From: Octopus sinensis
Lineage: Eukaryota
Length of the DNA stretch: 21,993 nucleotides
NCBI RefSeq assembly: GCF_006345805.1
Contig: NW_021823580.1
Span: 1-21,993 of the forward strand
Direction: 5' to 3'
A program made the position numbers and the translations under genes. The first letter of the stretch is position 1. Each line of letters starts with the position of its first letter. Below, in pieces: positions 12,301 to 20,900 of the stretch. The notes below the pieces were generated by a model. It was not told where the DNA came from. It was given only the letters and a program-made list of their open reading frames with translations, and searched no databases.

Positions 12301-15300
12301 TCATTTAACTTATATTAGCTAAAAGAAACACTAAATTTTTTGTTGTTTTTCAAGTACACATATGCAATATTTTGACATTTTATAACCTGAAAACTTTGCG
12401 AATTTAGTGATTTCTTTGATAATATAAGCTTTTATCAATCAGTTAACTTATATTTAGCTAAGAGATCACTAAATTTTTGTTGTTTTCATGTACACATATG
12501 CAATATTTTGACATTTTTAACCTGAAAACTTTTGCGAATTTAGTGATCTTTGATAAATATAAGCTTTTTATCAATCAGTTAACTTATATTTAACTAAGAG
12601 ATCACTAAATTTTTTGTGTTTTTCAAGTACACATATGCAATATTTTGACATTTTATAACCTGAAAACTTTTGCGAATTTAGTGATTTCTTTGATACAATA
12701 AGCTTTTTATCAATCAGTTAACTTATATTTAGCTAAGAGATCACTAAATTTTTTGTGTTTTTCAAGTACACATATGCAATTTTGAATGACATTTTATAAC
12801 CTGAAAACTTTTGCGAATTTAGTGATTTCTTTGATTAAATATAAGCTTTTTATCAATCAGTTAACTTATATTTAGCTAAGAGATCACTAAATTTTTGGTG
12901 TTTTTCAAGTCCACATATGCAATATTTTGACATAATAAACCGAAAAACTTTGCGAATTTAGTGATTTCTTTGATATATAAGCTTTTTCAATCAGTTAACT
13001 TATATTTAGCTAAGAGATCACTAATTTTTTGTTGATTTTCAAGTACACCTATGCAATATTTTGACATTTTCTAACCTGAAAACTTTTGCGAATTAGTGAT
13101 TTCTTTGATAAATATAAGCTTTTTATCTATCAGTTCCCTATATTTAGCTAAGAGATCACTAAATTTTTTCTTGTTTTCAAGTACACATATGCAATATTTT
13201 GACATTTTATAACCTGAAAACTTTTGCGAATTTAGTGATTTCTTTGATAAATATAAGCTTTTATCAATCAGTTAACTTATATTAAGCTAAGAGATCACTA
13301 AATTTTTTGTTGTTTTTCAAGTACACATATGCAATATTTTGATATTTTCTAACCTGAAAACTTTGCGATTTAGTGATCCCTTGTATAAATATAAGCTTTT
13401 TATCAATCGTTAACTTATATTTAACTAAGAGATCACTAAATTTTTGTTGTTTTTCAAGTACACATATGCCATATTTTGACATTTTATAACCTGAAAACTT
13501 TCCGAATTTTGATTTCTTTGATAAATATAAGCTTTTTATCAATCAGTTAACTTATATTAGCTAAGAGATCACTAAATTTTTTGTGTTTTTTCAAGTAACC
13601 ATATGCAAAATTTTGACATTTTATAACCTGAAAACTTTTGCGAATTTAGTGATTTCTTTGATAAATATAAGCTTTTTATCAATCATTTACTTATATTTAG
13701 CTAAGAGATCACTAAATTTTTTGTTGTTTTTCAAGTACACATATGCAATATTTTGACATTTTATAACCTGAAAACTTTTGCGAATTTAGTGATTTCTTTG
13801 ATAAATATAAGCTTTTCATCAATCAGTTAACTTATATTTAACTAAGAGATCACTAAATTTTTGTTGTTTTTCAAGTACACATATGCAATATTTTGACATT
13901 TTATAACCTGAAAACTTTTGCGAATTTAGTGATTTCTTTGATAAATATAAGCTTTTTATCAATCATTAACTTATATTTAGCTAAGAGATCACTAATTTTG
14001 TGTTTTTTCAGTACACATATGCAATTTTTGACATTTAATAACCTGAAAACTTTTGCGAATTTAGTGATTTCTTTGATAAATATAAGCTTTTTATCAATCA
14101 GTTAACTTATATTAAGCTAAGAGATCACTAAATTTTTTGTTGTTTTTCAAGTACACATATGCATATTTTGATATCTTCTAACCTGAAAACTTTTGCGATT
14201 TTAGTGATCCCTTGTATATATAAGCTTTTTATCAATCAGTTAACTTATATTTAAGAGATCACTAATTTTTTGTTGTTTTCAAGTACACATATGCAATATT
14301 TTGACATTTTATAACCTGAAAACTTTCCGAATTTAGTGATTTCTTTGATAAATAGAAGCTTTTATCAATCAGTTAACTATATTTAGCTAAGAGATCACTA
14401 AATTTTTTGTGTTTTTCAAGTACACATAGGCAATATTTTGACATTTTATAACCTGAAAACTTTTGCGATTTTACTGATCTCTTGGATAAATATACGCTTT
14501 TTATGTACCAGTTAACTTATATTTAGCTAAGGGATCACTAAATATTTTGTTGATTTTCAAGTACACATATGCAATATTTTGACATTTTACAACCTGAAAA
14601 CTTTTGCGAATTTAGTGATTTCTTTGATAAATATAAGCTTTTTATCAATCAGTTAACTAATATTTAGCTAAGAGATCACTAAATTTTTTGTTGATTTTCA
14701 AGTACACCTATGCATATTTTGACATTTTCTACCTGAAAACTTTTGCGAATTTGCGTTTCTTTGATAAATATAAGCTTTTTATCAATCAGTTCTTATATTT
14801 AGCTAAGAAATCGTAAATTTTTTGCTGTTTTTCAAGTACACATATGCAATATTTTGACATTTTAATACCTGAAAACTTTTGCGAATTTAGTGATCTCTTT
14901 GATAAACATAAGCTTTTTATCAATCAGTTAACTTCTATTTAGCTAAGAGATCACTAAATTTTTGTTGTTTTTTCAAGTACACATATGCAAAATTTTGACA
15001 TTTTATAACCTGAAAACTTTTGCGAATTTAGTGATTTCTTTGATAAATATAAGCTTTTTATCAATCAGTTAACTTATATTTAGCTAAGAGATCACTAAAT
15101 TTTTTGTTGTTTTTCAAGTACACATATGCAATATTTTGACATTTTATAACCTGAAAACTTTTGCGAATTTAGTGATTTCTTTGATAAATATAAGCTTTTT
15201 ATCAATCAGTTAACTTATATTTAGCTAAGAGATCACTAAATTTTCTGTTGTTTTTCAAGTACACATATGCCAAATTTTGACATTTTATAACCTGAAAACT

Positions 15301-18300
15301 TTTGCGAATTTAGTGATTTCTTTGATAAATATAAGCTTTTTATCAATCAGTTAACTTATATTTAGCTAAGAGATCACTAAATTTTTTGTTGTTTTTCAAG
15401 TACATATGCAAAATTTTGACATTTTATAACCTGAAAACTTATTCGATTTTAGTGATTTCTTTGATAAATATAAGCTATTATCAATCATTAACTTATATTT
15501 AGCTAAGAGATCACTAAATTTTTTGTTGTTTTTCAAGTACACATAGCAAAATTTTGACATTTTATAACTGAAACTTTTGCGAATTTAGTGATTTCTTTGA
15601 TAAATATAAGCTTTTTATCAATCAGTTAACTTATTTTAGCTAAGAGATCACTAAATTTTTTGTTGTTTTTCAAGTACACATATGCAAAATTTTGACATTT
15701 TATAACCTGAAAACTTCTGCGAATTTAGTCATTTCTTTGATAAATATAAGCTTTTATCAATCAGTTAACTTATATTTAGCTAAGAGATCACTAAATTTTT
15801 TGTTGTTTTTCAAGTACACATATGCAAAATTTTGACATTTTATAACCTGAAAACTTATGCGATTTTAGTGATTTCTTTCATAAATATAAGCTTTTTATCA
15901 ATCAGTTAACTTATATTTAGCTAAGAGATCACTAAATTTTCTGTTGTTTTTCAAGTACACATATGCAAAATTTTGACATTTTATAACCTGAAAACTTTTG
16001 CGAATTTAGTGATTTCTTTGATAAATATAAGCTTTTTATCAATCAGTTAACTTATATTTAGCTAAGAGATCACTAAATTTTTTGTTGTTTTTCAAGTACA
16101 CATATGCAATATTTTGACATTTTAAACCTGAAAACTTTTGCGAATTTAGTGATTTCTTGATAATATAAGCTTTTTATCAATCAGTTAACTTATATTTAGC
16201 TAAGAGATCACTAAATTTTTTGTTGTTTTTTCAGTACACATATGCAAAATTTCACATTTTATAACCTGAAAACTTTTGCGAATTTAGTGATTTCTTTGAT
16301 AAATATAAGACTTTTTATCAATCAGTTAACTTATATTTAGCTAAGAGATCACTAAATTTTTTGTTGTTTTTCAAGTACACATATGCATATTTTGACATTT
16401 TATAACCTGAAAACTTTGCGATTTTAGTGATCTCTTGTATAAATATAAGCTTTTTATCAATCAGTTAACTTTATTTAGCTAAGATCACTATTTTTTGTTG
16501 TTTTTCATGTACACTATGCAATATTTTGACATTTTATAACCTGAAAACTTTTGCGAATTTAGCGATTTCTTTGATAAATATAAGCTTTTATCAATCAGTT
16601 AACTTATATTAGCTAAGAGATCACTAGATATTTTGTTGTTTTTCAAGTACACATGCAATATTTTGACATTTTATAACCTGAAAACTTTTGCAAATTTAGT
16701 GATTTCTTTGATAAATATAAGCTTTTTATCAATCAGTTAACTTATATTTGAGCTAGAGATCACTAAATTTTTTGTTGTGTTTCAGTACACATTGCAATAT
16801 TTTGACATTTTATAACCTGAAAACTTTTGCAATTTTAGTGATCTCTTGGATAATATAAGCTTTTATCAATCAGTTAACTTATATTTAGCTAAGAGATCAC
16901 AAAATTTTTTGTTGTTTTTCAATACACATATGCAATATTTGACATTTTCTAAACTGAAAACGTGCGATTTTGTGATCTCTTGATAAATATAAGCTTTTAT
17001 CAATCAGTTAACTTATATTTAGCTAAGCTCATCACTAAACTTTTGTTTTTTTTCAAGTACACATATGCAATATTTTTACATTTTCTAACCTGAAAACTTT
17101 TGCGATTGTAGTGATCTCTTGGATAAATATAGCTTTTTATCAATCAGTTAACTTATATTTAGCTAAGAGATCACTAAATTTTTTGTTGTTTTTCAAGTAC
17201 ACATATGCAATTTTGAACATTTTATAACCTGAAAACTTCTGCGAATTTAGTGATTTCTTTGATAAATATAAGCTTTTATCAATCAGTTAACTTATATTTA
17301 GCTAAGAGATCACTAAATTTTTTGTTGTTTTTCAAGTACACATATGCAAATTTTGACATTTTAACCTGAAAACTTATGCGATTTTAGTGATTTCTTTGAT
17401 AATATAAGCTTTTTATCAATCAGTTAACTTATATTTAGCTAAGAGATCACTAAATTTTTTGTTGTTTTTCAAGTACACATATGCAAAGTTTGGACATTTT
17501 TATAACCTAAAAACTTTTGCGAATTTAGTGATTTCTTTGAGAAATATAAGCTTTTTATCAATCAGTTAACTTATATTTAGCTAAGAGATCACTAAATTTT
17601 TTGTTGTTTTTCAAGTACACTATGCAATATTTTGACATTTTATAACCTGAAAACTTTTGCGAATTTAGTGATTTCTTTGATAATATAGCTTTTTATCAAT
17701 CAGTTAACTTATATTTAGCTAAGAGATCACTAAATTTGTTGTTTTTCAAGTACACATATGCAAAATTTTCACATTTTATACCTGAAAACTTTTGCGAATT
17801 TAGTGATTTCTTTGATAAATATAAGCTTTTTATCAATCAGTTAACTTATATTTAGCTAAGAGATCACTAAATTTTTTGTTGTTTTTCAAGTACCATATGC
17901 AATATTTTGACATTTTATAACCTGAAAACTTTTGCGATTAGTGATCTCTTGTATAATATAAGCTTTTTATCAATCAGTTAACTTATATTTAGCTAAGAGA
18001 TCACTAATTTTTTGTTGTTTTTTCATGTACACATATGCAATATTTTGACATTTTATAACCTGAAAACTTTTGCGAATTTAGCGATTTCTTTGATAAATAT
18101 AAGCTTTTTATCAATCAGTTAACTTATATTTAGCTAAGAGATCACTAGATATTTTGTTGTTTTTCAAGTACACATGCAATATTTTGACATTTTATAACCT
18201 GAAAACTTTTGCAAATTTAGTGATTTCTTTGATAAATATAAGCTTTTTATCAATCAGTTAACTTATATTTAGCTAAGAGATCACTAAATTTTTTGTTGTG

Positions 18301-18693
18301 TTTCAAGTACACATATGCAATATTTTGACATTTTATAACCTGAAAACTTTTGCGATTTTAGTGATCTCTTGGATAAATATAAGCTTTTTATCAATCAGTT
18401 AACTTATATTTAGCTAAGAGATCACTAAAATTTTTGTTGTTTTTCAAGTACACATATGCAATATTTTGACATTTTCTAAACTGAAAACGTGCGATTTTTG
18501 TGATCTCTTGGATAAATATAAGCTTTTTATCAATCAGTTAACTTATATTTAGCTAAGAGATCACTAAACTTTTTGTTGTTTTTCAAGTACACATATGCAA
18601 TATTTTGACATTTTCTAACCTGAAAACTTTTGCGATTTTAGTGATCTCTTGGATAAATATAAGCTTTTTATCAATCAGTTAACTTATATTTAG
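304..18693. repeat. 141-bp AT-rich satellite DNA array, about 130 head-to-tail monomers
   Basis: Consensus AGTTAACTTATATTTAGCTAAGAGATCACTAAATTTTTTGTTGTTTTTCAAGTACACATATGCAA(A/T)ATTTTGACATTTTATAACCTGAAAACTTTTGCGAATTTAGTGATTTCTTTGATAAATATAAGCTTTTTATCAATC is 141 nt with 33 G+C (~23%). HindIII sites AAGCTT at 841 and 982 confirm the period. Copy number is estimated from length, not counted. Confidence 0.99.
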
Positions 18694-19328
18694 GGGCAGG
18701 CAATTTATTGGCATCTAATTCAGGGGCAGATAATCCAGGGGTAGGTAATTCAGGGGCAGGTAATCCAAGGGTAGGTAATTCAGTGGCATCTAATTCAGAG
18801 GCAGGTATTTCAGGGCATGTAATTCAGGGGCAGGCAATTCAGTGGCAGGTAATTCAGGGGCAGATAATCCAGGGGTAGGTAATTCAGGGTATTGATCTGC
18901 ATGCTATTCTTTTTGACCCACTTGTATGTATATATATGTAATTCAGGGGCAGGTAATTCAGAGGCAGGTAATTCAGGGCATGTAATTCAGGGGCAGATTA
19001 TCCAGGGGTAGGTAATTCAGGGGCAGGTAATTGAGGGCATGTAATTTAGGGGCAGGTAATTCAGTGGCATCTAATTCAGGGGCAGGTAATTCAGGGGCAG
19101 ATAACCCAGGGGTAGGTAATTCAGGGGCAGGTAATTCAGAGGCAGGTAATTCAGGGCATGTAATTTAGGGGCAGGTAATTCAGTGGCATCGAATTCAGGG
19201 GCAGGTAATTCAGGGGCAGTTAATCCAGGGGTAGGTAATTCAGGGGCAGGTAATTCAGAGGCAGGTAATTCAGGGCATCTAATTCAGGGGCAGGTAATTC
19301 AGTGGCATCTAATTCAGGGGCAGGTAAT
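18693..19328 (+). repeat. 15-bp G-rich minisatellite, block 1 (interrupted at 18891-18936)
   Basis: Tandem GGGGCAGGTAATTCA with recurrent variants GGGGCAGATAATCCA, GGGGTAGGTAATTCA, GAGGCAGGTAATTCA, GGGCATGTAATTCA (14 nt) and GTGGCATCTAATTCA. Confidence 0.97.
18891..18936 (-). repeat. 46-bp inverted copy of the (TA)n/LINE junction at 20467-20512
   Basis: Its reverse complement TATATATACATACAAGTGGGTCAAAAAGAATAGCATGCAGATCAAT matches 20467-20512 (…GGGTCGAAAAGAATAGCATGCAGTTCAAT) with 2 mismatches. Confidence 0.93.
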
Positions 19329-19433
19329 CGCCTCGCCTTTTTTGGCCGCTTCGATTTTGTTCCCTTCGGTTTGGACGTCTCCAGGGAAGAAATCAAGGGT
19401 GACTGTGTCAACAGGAGACCGTTTATAGTGGTC

Positions 19434-19465
19434 AGGGAAATTCAAATTTGAGGGAAATTCAAATT
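19434..19465. repeat. Short tandem duplication, AGGGAAATTCAAATT x2 (17-bp period)
   Basis: Identical 15-mers at 19434-19448 and 19451-19465. The junction forms the palindrome TCAAATTTGA (19442-19451). Confidence 0.9.
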
Positions 19466-19617
19466 ACTCACAGAAAGTAGTAGATCTTCCAGTAATTACA
19501 GTTGTTTATCAGTAATCCTGCTGGGTTGTATTTGTTATTCTGTGTCTTCTGTGTCTTTGGCCGCTGACAGGTCAGGAGCAGCGAAAACACGTCAGTCACT
19601 GTGGATTCCTTTACTAC

Positions 19618-19641
19618 TATATATATGTATATATATATATA

Positions 19642-19672
<31 letters not shown>

Positions 19673-19673
19673 T
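19618..19673. repeat. Imperfect (TA)n microsatellite
   Basis: TA run with two TG interruptions and one AA phase shift. Confidence 0.97.
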
Positions 19674-20062
19674 TTCAGGGGTAGGTAATTCAGGGGCAGA
19701 TAATCCAGGGGTAGGTAATTCAGGTGCAGGTAATCCAGAGGCAGGTAATTCAGGGCATGTAATTCAGAGGCAGGTAATTCAGGGGCAGGTAATTCAGTGG
19801 CATCCAATTCAGGGGCAGGTAAACAGGGGCAGATAATCCAGGGGTAGGTAATTCAGGGGAAGGTAATTCAGAGGGAGGTAATTCAGGGCATGTAATTCAG
19901 GGGCAGATAATCCAGGGGTAGGTAATTCAGGGGCAGGTAATTCAGAGGCAGGTAATTCACGGCATGTAATTCAGGGGCAGGTAATTCAGTGGCATATAAT
20001 TCAGGGGCAGATAATCCAGGGGTAGGTAATTCAGGGGCAGGTAATTCAGAGGCAGGTAATTC
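19674..20062 (+). repeat. 15-bp G-rich minisatellite, block 2
   Basis: Same unit, variants and orientation as block 1. Confidence 0.97.
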
Positions 20063-20167
20063 CATGGCCCATGGAGTTTGGCCATGGGCTCTTAGGAGCC
20101 TCGTTCGATTTGTTTTGCTCCGCCTCTGTTCTGTTTTTGTCTTTTCCAACGGATTTCCTATTTATTC
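20063..20167 (-). other. Possible truncated coding exon fragment of an unidentified gene
   Basis: Minus strand has a strong acceptor TGTGTCTTTCTCTTCAG|G (AG at 20169-20168). The following 105 nt are open in only one frame (INRKSVGKDKNRTEAEQNKSNEAPKSPWPNSMGH) before running into the minisatellite. I recognise no homology. Confidence 0.3.
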
Positions 20168-20331
20168 CTGAAGAGAAAGACACAATATGGTCTCATTATT
20201 CAATCGGAATTTGGTAAATTGTGCCTTTCGAAACACGTGTAGAATGCAATAAAACGATTTCTGTTCAATCTTCGTTTAACTCCATTTCTTCAATTCACTA
20301 ATAATATTAAAATTCAATTATCCGCACCAAT

Positions 20332-20371
20332 GCACGGTTGCAACACCATATGGTTGTACCTCCAACCGTGC
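20332..20371. repeat. 40-bp nested inverted repeat
   Basis: GCACGGTTG (20332-20340) pairs with CAACCGTGC (20363-20371). The span also contains palindromes GTTGCAAC (20337-20344) and ACCATATGGT (20345-20354). Confidence 0.85.
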
Positions 20372-20443
20372 TGTCTTCTGCTGTGATTTTTGCTACCAAG
20401 GTATCGGTTAAACTTTTGATTATTCATCTTTCTATTTCACAAA

Positions 20444-20474
20444 ATATATGTATATATATATATATATATATATA
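20444..20474. repeat. (TA)n microsatellite
   Basis: TA run with one TG interruption, merging into TACATAC at the LINE edge. Confidence 0.96.
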
Positions 20475-20476
20475 CA

Positions 20477-20900
20477 TACAAGTGGGTCGAAAAGAATAGC
20501 ATGCAGTTCAATGCTGAAAAGTTTCAAGCTTTATGCTATCAGCATGCAAAACTAAATGCAATACCCAATGAATACACTGGACCCGGAGGAATAGCAATCC
20601 CAGAGGCACAATCAGTGCGTGACCTAGGTATTTACATGAGTGATGACGCGACCTTTCGTGTACATGTTGCTAAATTGGCAATGAAATGTAGACGACTGGC
20701 CGGATGGATCCTCAGAACCTTTAGAACAAGAGAAGAAACCATGATGGTCCTATGGAGGACACTTGTCCTAAGCCACTTTGATTACTGCTCTCAGTTATAG
20801 TCACCATCCAGTGTCAAGTTGATCACAGAGCTCGAGGCGATCCAACGTAGCTACACGAAGAAGATTGTAAGCTACTGGGAAAGACTCAAGAGATTAAAAC
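20477..20900 (+). mobile_element. Decayed non-LTR retrotransposon (CR1/L2/Jockey-group LINE) ORF2 fragment, C-terminal RT region
   Basis: One frame gives YKWVEKNSMQFNAEKFQ…VRDLGIYMSDDATFRVHV…AGWILRTFRTR…LWRTLVLSHFDYCSQL*SPSSVKLITELEAIQRSYTKKIVSYWERLKRLK. The W..N.MQFN..K, DLG, YCSQLWSP, LE.IQR and Y.ERL..L motifs are typical of this LINE group. TAG at 20798-20800 sits where Trp is expected. There is an apparent short in-frame deletion between TKKI and SYWERL, and both ends are truncated. Confidence 0.9.

Noticed and set aside
3444-14105. ORFs at 3444-3638, 13282-13542 and 13893-14105
   Set aside because: They are translations of satellite monomers opened by indels that are probably sequencing errors, and the peptides simply repeat at the monomer period.
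304-18693. CRISPR array
   Set aside because: Repeats are contiguous 141-bp monomers with no unique spacers, no cas genes, and the context is eukaryotic.
19434-19465. NF-kB or CHR (TTTGAA) regulatory sites in GGGAAATTCAAA
   Set aside because: Short, imperfect matches without promoter context. The doubling is explained by a simple tandem duplication.
20061-20400. Helitron 3' end at either hairpin
   Set aside because: Neither hairpin is followed at the expected distance by a CTRR terminus on either strand.
20501-20800. Intact 99-aa gene
   Set aside because: It is an internal piece of LINE ORF2. Homology extends upstream of the ATG and past the TAG, which replaces the conserved Trp.
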